This document shows, in pieces, positions 49,296 through 59,583 of a DNA stretch of 64,000 nt (positions are counted from its first letter, which is position 1; every line of letters begins with the position of its first letter). The notes below the pieces were generated by a model, which was not told where the DNA came from, ran no database searches, and saw only the letters and a program-made list of their open reading frames with translations. The stretch lies in NCBI GenBank assembly GCA_001189195.1, contig LFCQ01000002.1, forward strand, positions 4,997 through 68,996. The letters run 5' to 3'. Made by a program: the position numbers and the translations under genes. This DNA comes from Parcubacteria bacterium C7867-007. Its GTDB lineage: Bacteria; Patescibacteriota; Minisyncoccia; Phycocordibacterales; Phycocordibacteraceae.

Positions 49296-50348
49296 ATGAA
49301 CGAAGAGGAAATCAATACAGACGAGCTTGATCTGAATCAGCAGATTGCGGTGTTGATGAGAGAGCTTCCTAAACCGGTACAAGATTTCCTTAAGAGCCCT
49401 GAGCGCGACGCCGTTTCACTAGAACTAAGCACCAAATACTCTCTACACGCTGATCAGGCTGGTGTATTCTCTCGCGCATACCTATTCATGCTTTTGGGGG
49501 TATACACACCAGATGAATTCATACAGGAACTGCGGGAGGCAGGAATTTCAGAACCATCTATTCAGGGTATAACTGCAGATGTAAACGAACGAGTATTCAA
49601 GCGCCTACAAAATGCTGAGCGCTCATATGTTGCTCCAGTTCCTGTACAGCCAGCACCAGTCACACCAATACAGGTACCTGTACAAACACAAGCAGTTCCT
49701 CCTGCTCCTGTTACACCTCCAGTGGTTCCCATACAACCAGTTCCTGCAGCTCCAGTGGTACCTATATCAATGCCAACTCCATTTGGTCCAGTGCCAAAAA
49801 GTATGCCTTCAGTCCTGCCTCAGGTGACTGCACCTCTCCCGCCACCAGTTCCCATGCCGGTACCACCACCTGAGCCAGTTGTACCTGCGTACGTTGCTCC
49901 AGAAGTGCAACAACAAGCAGTTCGCACCATGGCACATGACATGCAGATGATGAAGGAGGCAGCAGAGCACCCGCACCCCGTTCATCATGAACCCGTACCG
50001 GTTCATGCAAACAGCACTCCTCCTGCAATATCTTGGCAACCAAACTCGCCTGCACGATCATTCCAAACTTCTTCGGTTCCAAATACGTTAGCTGCTCCGA
50101 GCATTCACCCCGCACCCACTGTTCCTGTGCCTCCCATGCCCGCAGCACCTCCTATCCCTTCTGCGCCAGCACCCGTACACCCACTTCCACCCTCAGCAGC
50201 ACCAGTACCACACAATCTTCCAACGCAACCCGCAGCATATCCTTGGCAACAGCAACAGACCGTCACCCCACCAACAATGCCGCAAGCAAATGGAATTCCG
50301 ATCGTTAAAGAATACGGTGTGGATCCATATAGAGAGGTGCCTCAGTAG
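49296..50348 (+). CDS. Pro-rich hypothetical protein
   Basis: Helical N-domain, Pro/Val/Gln low-complexity region, C-terminal DPYRE. Confidence 0.75.
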   Translation: MNEEEINTDELDLNQQIAVLMRELPKPVQDFLKSPERDAVSLELSTKYSLHADQAGVFSRAYLFMLLGVYTPDEFIQELREAGISEPSIQGITADVNERVFKRLQNAERSYVAPVPVQPAPVTPIQVPVQTQAVPPAPVTPPVVPIQPVPAAPVVPISMPTPFGPVPKSMPSVLPQVTAPLPPPVPMPVPPPEPVVPAYVAPEVQQQAVRTMAHDMQMMKEAAEHPHPVHHEPVPVHANSTPPAISWQPNSPARSFQTSSVPNTLAAPSIHPAPTVPVPPMPAAPPIPSAPAPVHPLPPSAAPVPHNLPTQPAAYPWQQQQTVTPPTMPQANGIPIVKEYGVDPYREVPQ

Positions 50349-50369
50349 GGAACTGGTATACTCCTAGTT

Positions 50370-50795
50370 ATGGAGTATCAGGTTCCTCAATTTATTGAAG
50401 TTGAAGATAAGATTTTTGGTCCACTCACCCTCAGACAATTCATATTTGTTGCAGGGGGTATTGGGTTGTGCGTAATACTTTTCATTTATCTTCCTAAGTT
50501 CCTCGCGTTATTGATTGGTCTTCCTGTCGCCGCACTGGCTGCTGCGCTCGCATTCTACAAAGTAAATAACAAAACGTTCTTAGACATGATGGAGGCAGGT
50601 TTTAACTACTACACCAAAGAGCGTTTGTATCTTTGGAAACAGGGTGACAAGAAGTCTGAAACCCCAGCCATCGTGCAGGTTGCTCCACCAACCCAAATAG
50701 AGCGCCAAAAGCTGGGTATTTCAAGCGATCGTTTGAAAGAACTTGCGTGGTCTCTTGATATCAAGGATCACAATAGGACACCAGACGCACCATAA
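50370..50795 (+). CDS. PrgI/VirB3-like protein
   Basis: YQVPQFIEVEDKIFGPLTLRQF followed by 2 TMs. Confidence 0.88.
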   Translation: MEYQVPQFIEVEDKIFGPLTLRQFIFVAGGIGLCVILFIYLPKFLALLIGLPVAALAAALAFYKVNNKTFLDMMEAGFNYYTKERLYLWKQGDKKSETPAIVQVAPPTQIERQKLGISSDRLKELAWSLDIKDHNRTPDAP

Positions 50796-50810
50796 CGCTA
50801 TAGTCTATTT

Positions 50811-51443
50811 ATGCCCGCATCGAAACCAGCTCAAGATTTTGTACCCGTCTCTGAAGTACGCAGTGGGGTAATCATCCTTAAAGAGGGTGGGTATCGTGGT
50901 GTCATGATGTGTTCATCACTCAACTTCGCGCTTAAATCAGAGGATGAGCAGCGAGCAATTATTGGAGGCTTTCAGAACTTCCTTAATACACTTGATTTCA
51001 CGGTGCAGATCGTAGTGCACTCACGCAAGACAGACATTCGTCCGTATTTAAATCTTCTTAATGAACGTCTTGAGCATCAAAATAGTGAATTGATGCGTAT
51101 CCAGTTGAGGGAATACATAAACTTCATACGAACCTTCATTGAAGGCTCTGACATTATGACGAAGACCTTCTATGTGGTGGTGCCTTATTCAACGAGTAGC
51201 GCGGTTGTTTCTGTTAAGGGGGCATTTTCAGGCATAGGAAAGAGTGCAAGCACGGCACCCGCTGCAGATCAGGGGTTTGAAGAAGGGAAGGTACAGCTTG
51301 AACAGCGTATGGCTCTAGTCGCTGGAGGTCTCGCAAGCTCTGGTTTGCGTGCCATACCCCTGGGTACCGAAGAAATCATTGAGCTCCTTTATCGTTCGTT
51401 CAACTTGGGCGAGATGGATAATCCTATTTCATTTACCGCATAA
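50811..51443 (+). CDS. VirB4 N-terminal-like accessory protein
   Basis: NFALKSEDEQ, FLNTLDF-x-VQI, FYVVVPY; lies between prgI and virB4. Confidence 0.78.
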   Translation: MPASKPAQDFVPVSEVRSGVIILKEGGYRGVMMCSSLNFALKSEDEQRAIIGGFQNFLNTLDFTVQIVVHSRKTDIRPYLNLLNERLEHQNSELMRIQLREYINFIRTFIEGSDIMTKTFYVVVPYSTSSAVVSVKGAFSGIGKSASTAPAADQGFEEGKVQLEQRMALVAGGLASSGLRAIPLGTEEIIELLYRSFNLGEMDNPISFTA

Positions 51444-51448
51444 ACCGT

Positions 51449-53263
51449 ATGGCACTCCTTGATTTTTTCAATCGCGACAAGAAAGACGAAACTCCGGCAA
51501 TCGCACCGGTACTTCCTAAAGATATCTATGCACAAGGAACTCTTGATCTTGCAGATACCATTGCTCCTGCAGCCCTTAAGGTTGGTTCTCGTGAGCTTGA
51601 GTTGGGGGAGAAGGTTTCTCGTTCCTTCTACACCATCTCATACCCACGCTTCCTGAGTGACAGCTGGTTCACCCCGATCGTTAATCTCGATAAGGTGTTT
51701 GATGTATCAATATTTGTGAGTCCTATTGATACTGCTGATGCCCTTCGAAACTTCCAGAGGAAAGTGGCTGAGGTACAGAGCCAAATCTCAGAGCGAGAAA
51801 CAAAGGGCTTGGTGCGTGACCCAATGCTTGATACTGCATACCAAGACCTTGAAACACTGCGAGATAACCTCCAACAAGCCCAGGAGCATCTCTTTGAGGT
51901 GGGGCTCTATATAACAATGTATGCCTCTACAAAGGAGGAGCTCGATAAGGTTGAGGGTGAGCTACGCGGCATATTGGACTCCAAATTGGTGTACACCAAG
52001 CCAGCACTCTTCCAACAGGAGCAGGGTTTCCGTACCACACTTCCACTAGCACTTGATGAACTGCAGGTTACCAACAAACTTAACTCATCTCCACTCTCCT
52101 CTATATTCCCATTCGTATCATTCGATCTTTCAAGTGATCGAGGCATCCTCTACGGCATTAACCGCCACAATTCTTCTCTAATTCTGTTTGATCGTTTCTC
52201 TCTTGAGAACTACAACTCTGTGGTGTTTGCAAAGTCGGGTTCAGGCAAGTCGTACGCCGTGAAGCTGGAGATCCTTCGTTCGTTGATGTTCGACACTGAT
52301 GTCATTGTTATTGATCCTGAGCGTGAGTATGAATACCTTGCACAAGCAACGGGGGGTCGTATGTTTAATATCTCACTTTCAAGCGAGAACCACATCAATC
52401 CTTTCGATCTTCCTCCTGTTAAAGAAGATGAAAACCCATCAGATATTCTTCGCAGCACCATCATCAATCTGGTTGGTTTGTTCCGTATCATGCTTGGTGG
52501 TCTCACACCTGAAGAAGATGCCATCATTGACCGTGCCATCTCTGAAACGTACGCACTTAAAGACATCACTGGAGATGTAGACTTTACGGGTGTGGAACCT
52601 CCACTCCTTTCAGACTTCGAAAACGTTCTTTCGGGTATGGAGGGCTCTACCTCATTGGTACAGCGTCTTTCTAAATACACACGTGGTACTTGGGCAGGTT
52701 TCCTGAATCAACCAACAAACGTTGATATCAATAACCAATTCATCGTGTTCTCGGTGCGAGATATGGAGGATGAGCTCAAGCCTGTAGCGATGTATATTGT
52801 TACGCACTTTATCTGGAATGCAGTACGCCATGAGCTAAAGAAGCGTCTCCTTATAATCGATGAGGCGTGGTGGATGATGAAATCTGAAGACACAGCATCG
52901 TTCCTCTTCAGTATTGCAAAGCGTGGACGTAAGTACTTCCTAGGTCTTGCAACCATTACACAGGACGTTGAAGACTTCCTTCGCAGTCCTTACGGTCGCC
53001 CCATCCTTACCAACTCTTCGATGCAGTTACTTCTTAAGCAATCTCCAACCACGGTTGATGTACTTCAAGAAACATTCAACCTAACGGACGAAGAGAAATA
53101 TCTCCTTCTCGAGTCAGGGGTGGGGGAGGGTCTCTTCTTCGCAGGCCTCAAACATGCAGCTATAAAGATCGTTGCTTCATACACCGAAGACCAGATCATC
53201 ACTTCAGACCCATCGCAGTTGCTCCAGATACAGCGCGAAAAGGCGCGTCACGATGGTGTGTAA
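51449..53263 (+). CDS. VirB4/TraC-like ATPase
   Basis: AKSGSGKS Walker A, IDPEREY, IIDEAW, GRKY, ITQD. Confidence 0.92.
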   Translation: MALLDFFNRDKKDETPAIAPVLPKDIYAQGTLDLADTIAPAALKVGSRELELGEKVSRSFYTISYPRFLSDSWFTPIVNLDKVFDVSIFVSPIDTADALRNFQRKVAEVQSQISERETKGLVRDPMLDTAYQDLETLRDNLQQAQEHLFEVGLYITMYASTKEELDKVEGELRGILDSKLVYTKPALFQQEQGFRTTLPLALDELQVTNKLNSSPLSSIFPFVSFDLSSDRGILYGINRHNSSLILFDRFSLENYNSVVFAKSGSGKSYAVKLEILRSLMFDTDVIVIDPEREYEYLAQATGGRMFNISLSSENHINPFDLPPVKEDENPSDILRSTIINLVGLFRIMLGGLTPEEDAIIDRAISETYALKDITGDVDFTGVEPPLLSDFENVLSGMEGSTSLVQRLSKYTRGTWAGFLNQPTNVDINNQFIVFSVRDMEDELKPVAMYIVTHFIWNAVRHELKKRLLIIDEAWWMMKSEDTASFLFSIAKRGRKYFLGLATITQDVEDFLRSPYGRPILTNSSMQLLLKQSPTTVDVLQETFNLTDEEKYLLLESGVGEGLFFAGLKHAAIKIVASYTEDQIITSDPSQLLQIQREKARHDGV

Positions 53264-53269
53264 CTAAAT

Positions 53270-53641
53270 ATGGCAGCAAAGCCCATTAACGTTGTTGAGC
53301 AGGGGCTAGTGATTGGAGGCGCAGCACTTGCAGATACCATAGGACTCATTCCTGTTGTAGGAAATATCGTTTGGTTTATAGCCTTTTTGTCTTTAAATAT
53401 CTACTTCCTCATTAAACTAGGACCATCGTATCTGGGTGGAAAACGCACCTCCACGAAGATGATCCGCACGATTATAAGCGGTATTATTGGTGCAATTCCT
53501 GTTGTGGGTAACATAGCTCCTGAACTATTAATCCTCACCCTTAGTACTTTTTGGATGAATAACAAAGAGGTTATGGAGGAAGAGGCTGCGAGGCAGGCAG
53601 CAAACGACAACACTCCTTCTAAAATATCCCGTGCTGCGTAA
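53270..53641 (+). CDS. Small membrane protein
   Basis: Two IPVVGNI repeats, hydrophobic. Confidence 0.72.
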   Translation: MAAKPINVVEQGLVIGGAALADTIGLIPVVGNIVWFIAFLSLNIYFLIKLGPSYLGGKRTSTKMIRTIISGIIGAIPVVGNIAPELLILTLSTFWMNNKEVMEEEAARQAANDNTPSKISRAA

Positions 53642-53678
53642 CAGGGTACGCGCACAGACGCGGTATACTGTACGTACT

Positions 53679-54665
53679 ATGAAAGCTGGTTTTGGAGTAC
53701 TGGTGACGCTTCTTATCCTCTCTGTTGGTGTACCCGCACATGCGCAAACACTGTCTCTTGATCAAGACCCACTAACGGTACAGATTAGTCCAAACTTCCC
53801 ACGACCCTTTGAGGCGGTGACGGTTGTGCCGGGTAGTACTATAATCGACCTTTCTGCGAGTACCGTTACCGTATCGGTAAACGGTGTGGTGGTAGAGAAG
53901 GGAAGCGGTAGCGCTCCGGTTCAGATACAGGCAGGTGGGGCAGGTGCACGCACAGTTGTTAAGGTAACCGCAGTACATAACGGTCAAACCTTCACTAAGG
54001 AAATCACCATCCGTCCTGCAGATGTCGCACTGGTTGTTGAACCTTCTTCCGTTTCACATCCCTTCTACAAAGGAGCATCGCTTGTTTCCTCTGAAGGACT
54101 CCTTCGCTTGGTGGCACTTCCAGACCTACGTACTGCTGCTGGTGCACCTATCCCTTCGTCAAACCTTGTATTCACCTGGCGAAACGGGAGCCAGATCCTC
54201 CAAGACTCTTCTGGTATTGGGAAGTCTGTGCTAACCGCAACCGCTCCTGTTCGATACCGCGATACCACCATCCGCGTTACTGTTTCAACACAAGACAATA
54301 GTGTTGTTGCAGAAGCAACCGCATTCATTTCTCCAACCGTTCCTGTTATTCGCATATATCAAAACGATCCATTGCTTGGTCCACTCTTTAATTACGCACT
54401 CCCAAAGAAGATTTCCATGACTGACGAGGAGCAGACCTATCGTGCCGTTCCTTATTATTTCTCAGGTACACCGATTATGAATTGGACCGTGAACGGCAAC
54501 CAAAGCCAGTCTGGGAAAGATATAACCGTTCGTTCAACGGGGGCAGGTAGCGGTACTGCGTTGGTAGGGTTCAACGCCAAACAACCTTCAGCAGGTGTGG
54601 TGGCGGACACCTCTATGAGTGTTTCCTTTGGTGGCGCTAAGCCTCTTGGTATATTTGGTCTATAA
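53679..54665 (+). CDS. Secreted beta-rich (Ig-like) protein
   Basis: Signal peptide (AHA); repeated W-x-x-NG beta-sandwich modules. Confidence 0.72.
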   Translation: MKAGFGVLVTLLILSVGVPAHAQTLSLDQDPLTVQISPNFPRPFEAVTVVPGSTIIDLSASTVTVSVNGVVVEKGSGSAPVQIQAGGAGARTVVKVTAVHNGQTFTKEITIRPADVALVVEPSSVSHPFYKGASLVSSEGLLRLVALPDLRTAAGAPIPSSNLVFTWRNGSQILQDSSGIGKSVLTATAPVRYRDTTIRVTVSTQDNSVVAEATAFISPTVPVIRIYQNDPLLGPLFNYALPKKISMTDEEQTYRAVPYYFSGTPIMNWTVNGNQSQSGKDITVRSTGAGSGTALVGFNAKQPSAGVVADTSMSVSFGGAKPLGIFGL

Positions 54666-54667
54666 AT

Positions 54668-55435
54668 ATGAACCGACCCACCCTTACAACCACCTCCACC
54701 TTCTTGCTAAGCACTGTATTGCTTTCAATACCGTTTCTTGTGTTTGCAGACGATAGCTTTGTTCCACTCACCAGCCTTCCTGGTCTAGATAATGTTATTG
54801 GAGAAAGCACGTTGCCTGGATTTATAAACAATCTCTATCGTCTTCTCATTGGTGCTGCGGCTATCGTAGCTGTTGTAGAGATTATTTGGGCAGGCTTCCT
54901 GTTCATGAACAGCAATGACAGTATCTCTGCTAACAAAAAAGCGAAGCAAAAGATTACTAATGCGATCATAGGTCTGGTTCTGGTGCTTTCCCCATACGTC
55001 GTATTTAGTGTGATCAACCCGAAGATCCTTGATGTGAATCTAGACTTTGGACAATTAAAGGGTGGTGACAGTACCGGCGGCGCAGGCAGTACTGAAGATG
55101 TAAATGTTATTTCTATCGATTCAAAGTCGAGCAAAGAAGATGCAGGGGCAGTTTGTAGTAAGGAGGGAGGAAATCCAATATTCAGCTGTAAGCCAGAAAA
55201 AGGAGATGCGTATGTGGTGACCAAAGACCAAGCATGTAAGACAGGTGAAACTACCGTTACAACCTGCACAAAACCTAAGAACACTGATCCAAATGCTTGT
55301 GTAGATACTGGCGCCGCAACCGTCATCGCCCCTAAAGGTGACTCTTCATACTCACGAGACGGGTATATTCAAGTGAAGGATTCGTGCTGCAAAGGCATGA
55401 CTGCAGGAAATGTCTGTTGGCAAAAACCTAAATAA
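54668..55435 (+). CDS. TrbC/VirB2-like pilin with Cys-rich C-terminal domain
   Basis: FVPL-x-x-LPG, two TMs joined by AK-x-KI-x-NAIIGL, INP-x-IL; paired Cys. Confidence 0.75.
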   Translation: MNRPTLTTTSTFLLSTVLLSIPFLVFADDSFVPLTSLPGLDNVIGESTLPGFINNLYRLLIGAAAIVAVVEIIWAGFLFMNSNDSISANKKAKQKITNAIIGLVLVLSPYVVFSVINPKILDVNLDFGQLKGGDSTGGAGSTEDVNVISIDSKSSKEDAGAVCSKEGGNPIFSCKPEKGDAYVVTKDQACKTGETTVTTCTKPKNTDPNACVDTGAATVIAPKGDSSYSRDGYIQVKDSCCKGMTAGNVCWQKPK

Positions 55436-55436
55436 C

Positions 55437-56651
55437 ATGACCAGACGCATACTCATCATTGCCGCAGCTATCGTAGTAATCGTGGGTATTGCCCTTGCGG
55501 TGTATTTCTTCTTTTTTGCTCCTAAGTCTGGTGAATTAATTATTGGCGATCCATTTGGTGATACTGGTAGTGGCACCGTAGAGCCTGGATCACTGATAGA
55601 AGGGCAGGGGGCAGGAACCGTCGTTGGTCCTAACTTTGTCCGTATCACAGAAGGTCCTGTATCTGAAGGAGTGGTGGCATTTGGGATAATGATTCCATCT
55701 GAAGCAGGCACGGTAAGCACCACAAGCAGTAGTACTCCTCTCGTGCCTGATGTTGCGGTACGGTTTATAGATCGCGCCAGTGGGAACATATACAGCTATG
55801 TAGCGCATGCACGCACCCTTACACGTATTTCAAATAAAACACTTCCAGGTATCCAGGAAGCATCATGGGTACCAAACGGAACATTAGCGTATGTACGATT
55901 CATCACGAGTGACTCAGCTTCTGGTGAGCACGTGGCAACATACGCGCTTCCAGAGAATGGGGAAGGGGGGTACTTCATTGAACAGGACCTTTCCGAAGCA
56001 CGGGTGGTGGGTTCAACCGGCCTCTTCACCATGATTTCTAACACAGGGGGAAGTGTGGGAACTATCGCAAAGGTAGACGGTACCGGTGCACGCACCCTCT
56101 TCACCTCACTTATCTCTTCTCTAATTGTTCACCCTGCAGGAAACACATACTTCGCACACACCAAAGCTTCAAGTCAGACGGAAGGGTATGGCTTCCAAAT
56201 AATAAATGGCTCGTTTAATCGTATTCTTGGCCCACTTAACGGCCTCTCGCTTCTCCCAAGCCCTTCAGGAAAATCACTTCTCTATAACTATGTAAGTGGT
56301 GGAGTAACACGTCTTGCGGTTATTGATCTTGCAAACCGAAACGCAACAGCACTTCCTTTAAGCACCCTGAGTGAGAAGTGTGTGTGGGCAAGTGAGCTCA
56401 CCGTGTACTGTGGAGTTCCAACAACCCTAAGTGGGTACAAGCTTCCTGAGGACTGGTACCAGGGTGCTGCACCGTTCTCTGACCGTATCTGGCGTATTGA
56501 TATGACCGCACGTGTCGCAACACTTGTGGTGGACCCTACACAGGTCGCAAAGACCTCTATCGATGCCATTGCACTCACCACGGACCCCAAAGAAGACGTT
56601 CTCATCTTCACTGATAAGAAAACTGGTTCGCTCTGGTTATACAATCTATAG
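55437..56651 (+). CDS. Membrane-anchored beta-propeller-like protein
   Basis: N-terminal TM; TL-x-EKCVW, YCGVP, PEDWYQG-x-x-x-FSD. Confidence 0.7.
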   Translation: MTRRILIIAAAIVVIVGIALAVYFFFFAPKSGELIIGDPFGDTGSGTVEPGSLIEGQGAGTVVGPNFVRITEGPVSEGVVAFGIMIPSEAGTVSTTSSSTPLVPDVAVRFIDRASGNIYSYVAHARTLTRISNKTLPGIQEASWVPNGTLAYVRFITSDSASGEHVATYALPENGEGGYFIEQDLSEARVVGSTGLFTMISNTGGSVGTIAKVDGTGARTLFTSLISSLIVHPAGNTYFAHTKASSQTEGYGFQIINGSFNRILGPLNGLSLLPSPSGKSLLYNYVSGGVTRLAVIDLANRNATALPLSTLSEKCVWASELTVYCGVPTTLSGYKLPEDWYQGAAPFSDRIWRIDMTARVATLVVDPTQVAKTSIDAIALTTDPKEDVLIFTDKKTGSLWLYNL

Positions 56652-56659
56652 ACGAAAGA

Positions 56660-56685
56660 AGAAAACCGCCTTAGGCGGTTTTCTC
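56660..56685. terminator. Bidirectional terminator
   Basis: AGAAAACCGCC-TTA-GGCGGTTTTCT between convergent genes. Confidence 0.8.
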
Positions 56686-57408
56686 TTCTTCTAGCGTTAT
56701 TTGTGGAAGTTTTCGTATCAACAGCTCCTGAGCAAGAGTGAACAAGCTTGTTGTTATGAAGTACAACGCAATTGCTCCTGAAGAGATATAGGCGACACCA
56801 CCAATCAGAATAGGGAGCATGTAGCGCATCTGGATGGCCATGGAGTGGTTAAACCGCTCTGATGTGGTTGGTTCTGTACTAAGCTTGGGAATCGGCATTG
56901 CATACTTTGCCTGAAGAAACTGCGTCACTGCAGCCACAATAGCGAGAATTACGTTGTGACTTGTAAGAGTGAAGAACCCAAGGAACAGGAAGGACACCGT
57001 CTCTGGAACCGGTACAAATGAATACAAGATACTAGTATCAACACCATTGAGTTCACGTACGAATACGAGATACAGCGCGATAACCACAGGAAGCTGAATG
57101 AGAATCGCAAGAATGCTTGAGAACGGGTTGATCTTGTACTTCTTGTAGAGTGCAAACACTTCTTTTGCCTGCGTTTCCTTATCATCCTTATATTTCTCCT
57201 GAAGTGCCTTGAATTTAGGCTGTATCACCTGCATGGCACGAGAGGTGCGCAGCGCAGAGACGGTAAGGGGAAGGATAATAAGCTTCACAATGATCGTTAC
57301 GATGATCACCGCGAGACCAATATCACCCCCGGGAAGCACATCTACCAGTGCGATAAGAAGGTTATATATAGGAACAAACAAGAACGTATTAAATAGGTCG
57401 CCGATCAT
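56671..57408 (-). CDS. yidC: Membrane protein insertase YidC/Oxa1
   Basis: IQP-x-x-K-x-LQEKYK, INPFS, LIQLP, ALYF; downstream of rnpA. Confidence 0.93.
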   Translation of the reverse strand: MIGDLFNTFLFVPIYNLLIALVDVLPGGDIGLAVIIVTIIVKLIILPLTVSALRTSRAMQVIQPKFKALQEKYKDDKETQAKEVFALYKKYKINPFSSILAILIQLPVVIALYLVFVRELNGVDTSILYSFVPVPETVSFLFLGFFTLTSHNVILAIVAAVTQFLQAKYAMPIPKLSTEPTTSERFNHSMAIQMRYMLPILIGGVAYISSGAIALYFITTSLFTLAQELLIRKLPQITLEEEKTA

Positions 57409-57743
57409 ATAGTGTACATAGTACCGGAAGGGAACGATTGCTGTAAGAGTGCAGTAAGTTCGGTCTCCATTTCAGTGAAGGGAAGTTCAGCAGCTCCAGG
57501 GCGGGCGTGGATGATAATCACCCGACCAGAAACACACCACGGCTTCAAAATGGCTTTGATGCGGCGTTTAAGGAGGTGCCGATCTACTGCTTTCTTCGCT
57601 ATTTTCTTTGAAACAACCACCGCACCCCCTGAAATAGGGGCTTTGAGTATATAGGCCATAGAAAAATACCGGCTTGCGGTTCTTCGCAGGCCGGTATTCT
57701 GCTCAAAACCGGCCCTAGGGAGACGGTTAGCGCGGGAAAGCAT
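57405..57743 (-). CDS. rnpA: Ribonuclease P protein component
   Basis: VVVSKKIAKKAVDRHLLKRRIK (RNR-like motif); synteny. Confidence 0.9.
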   Translation of the reverse strand: MLSRANRLPRAGFEQNTGLRRTASRYFSMAYILKAPISGGAVVVSKKIAKKAVDRHLLKRRIKAILKPWCVSGRVIIIHARPGAAELPFTEMETELTALLQQSFPSGTMYTI

Positions 57744-57895
57744 TAGCGTACTTTCTTTGAAACAGTAAGGCTGGCACGGCCCTTACGGCGGCGTGCGAGC
57801 AATACACGGCGACCGGTAGGGGTAGCTGAACGGGCACGGAAACCGTGGGTTCGTGCGCGCTTGCGCTTCTTTGGTTGATAGGTGCGCTTAGGCAT
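57743..57895 (-). CDS. rpmH: 50S ribosomal protein L34 (not in ORF track)
   Basis: Manual translation [50 protein letters not shown]. Confidence 0.96.
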   Translation of the reverse strand: MPKRTYQPKKRKRARTHGFRARSATPTGRRVLLARRRKGRASLTVSKKVR

Positions 57896-57901
57896 AAGAA
57901 G

Positions 57902-57970
57902 TTATACACAGGATACTAACAGGTTGCGTCCTGGCGTGCAAGAAATTGCCTATCTTTGGAGTTATCCACA
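57902..57970. promoter_or_regulatory. DnaA boxes upstream of dnaA
   Basis: TTATACACA 57902 and TTATCCACA 57962. Confidence 0.85.
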
Positions 57971-57992
57971 GAGGTGTATACAATGAGCTCAC

Positions 57993-59342
57993 ATGAATCG
58001 TTCTGATCCGCATGAGCTCTGGGAATACATGCTGACGCAGGTCGAACTCTCTATATCTTCAGCCAATTTCAACACTTGGTTCAAGGAAAGCACGATAGTA
58101 AAGATAGAGGACGGTATCGTATACATCGGTGTTCCAAGCCAGTTCTTCCGTGATTGGTATCAAAAGAAGTTCCACACACTTCTTTTGAAGATTGTGCGTG
58201 ATGTTTCGTATGAATTCAGGAATATCGAGTACATGATCGTGAAAGATATTGCTCGCAAACCAAAGGAGCAGCGTACTCGCCGTGAACCAACACCAGAACT
58301 ACCTCTCAATGAGTTCTATATCAATAAAAGCGATAATCTAAACCCTCGTTACACGTTTGATACGTTCGTTGTTGGTTCATTTAATGAGTTGGCTCATACC
58401 GCAGCCATGGCAGCTATTGCGCGCCCAGGTATTACCTACAACCCTCTCTTCATTTATGGCGACACTGGTCGTGGAAAGACACACCTGATTCAGTCCATTG
58501 GTAACCAGTACAAGAAACAGTATCCAAATCGTAAAGTGTTTTATCTCACTTCAGAGAAGTTTGGTACTGATTACACTGACTCACTCCAGCAAGGCACTGC
58601 AAACCGCTTTAAAGAGAAGTATCGTCAGTATGATCTGTTGATTATGGACGACGTACAGTTCCTTTCCCGTAAGGAAAAGATGCAGGAAGAGTTATTCCAC
58701 CTCTTTAATACCCTCTACGACAACAATAAACAGATCGTATTCTCCTCAGATCGTGCCCCTATCGCTATCCCAGACATCGCAGACCGCCTTCGTGGACGCT
58801 TTGTATCCGGTATGACCGTTGATATTGGTGAACCAGACAGTGAATCTCGTATCGCTATTGTGCGAAAGAAGGCAGCAATGAGTGGTATCACCCTTTCTGA
58901 TGAGGTTGCTGAGTATATTGCTACCTCTGTTACCGGTTCAATTAGAGAATTGGAAGGTGTTCTTAACTCAGTAGTGTGCCACACACAGGTAAAAGGAACT
59001 CCTCCAGATATCGCTGAAGTGAGACAATCCCTTCGTTCATTCTCACGCCCTTCAAAAACAGTATCTGTGAAGCATGTGGTGTCTAAAATTGCTGAATTCT
59101 ATGGCATTGAAGAGGAGAGTATCTATGAGAAGACCCGTAGAAGGGAGGTGGTACGCCCACGCCAAGTGATTATGTATATTCTTCGTGAAGATTTCAGTGT
59201 TTCATATCCAACCATAGGTTCTAAACTTGGTGGTCGTGACCACACCACTGTCATTCACTCCTGCGAAAAGGTTAAACGTGAAGTTGCAGAAGATACTGAA
59301 CTCGCAAAAGAGATTCAGGATATTCGTACCTTGTTAGTCTGA
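57993..59342 (+). CDS. dnaA: Chromosomal replication initiator DnaA
   Basis: YTFDTFVVG, YNPLFIYG-x-x-GRGKTHL, DDVQF, RELEG, GGRDHTTV. Confidence 0.98.
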   Translation: MNRSDPHELWEYMLTQVELSISSANFNTWFKESTIVKIEDGIVYIGVPSQFFRDWYQKKFHTLLLKIVRDVSYEFRNIEYMIVKDIARKPKEQRTRREPTPELPLNEFYINKSDNLNPRYTFDTFVVGSFNELAHTAAMAAIARPGITYNPLFIYGDTGRGKTHLIQSIGNQYKKQYPNRKVFYLTSEKFGTDYTDSLQQGTANRFKEKYRQYDLLIMDDVQFLSRKEKMQEELFHLFNTLYDNNKQIVFSSDRAPIAIPDIADRLRGRFVSGMTVDIGEPDSESRIAIVRKKAAMSGITLSDEVAEYIATSVTGSIRELEGVLNSVVCHTQVKGTPPDIAEVRQSLRSFSRPSKTVSVKHVVSKIAEFYGIEEESIYEKTRRREVVRPRQVIMYILREDFSVSYPTIGSKLGGRDHTTVIHSCEKVKREVAEDTELAKEIQDIRTLLV

Positions 59343-59583
59343 TTGTGAAGAAAGTCTGGGGATTCCCTGTGGATAGCCTGGAGATAAATAGAGGAAGAAC
59401 TATGGGGAGAACTATCTAATAGCGGTAGAGTTTTCCCCACTGTTTCAACCGGCCTCCTTCTATCCACAGTCGTTGTACTCCACTTTCACACAGCTTGAGT
59501 GAAACCTGCGTAAGGGTTTCAGAGCGTATATACTAGAGATATCGCTCTTTCCCCAGTATCCACACCCCTAATAATAAAGAATC
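59343..59583. other. Probable oriC (dnaA-dnaN intergenic region)
   Basis: DnaA-box variants at 59368 (TGTGGATAG), 59403, 59431, 59460 (CTATCCACA) and 59556 (GTATCCACA). Confidence 0.75.

Noticed and set aside
49620-50290. Pro-rich low-complexity DNA as a repeat element
   Set aside because: Explained by protein composition; no regular nucleotide unit.
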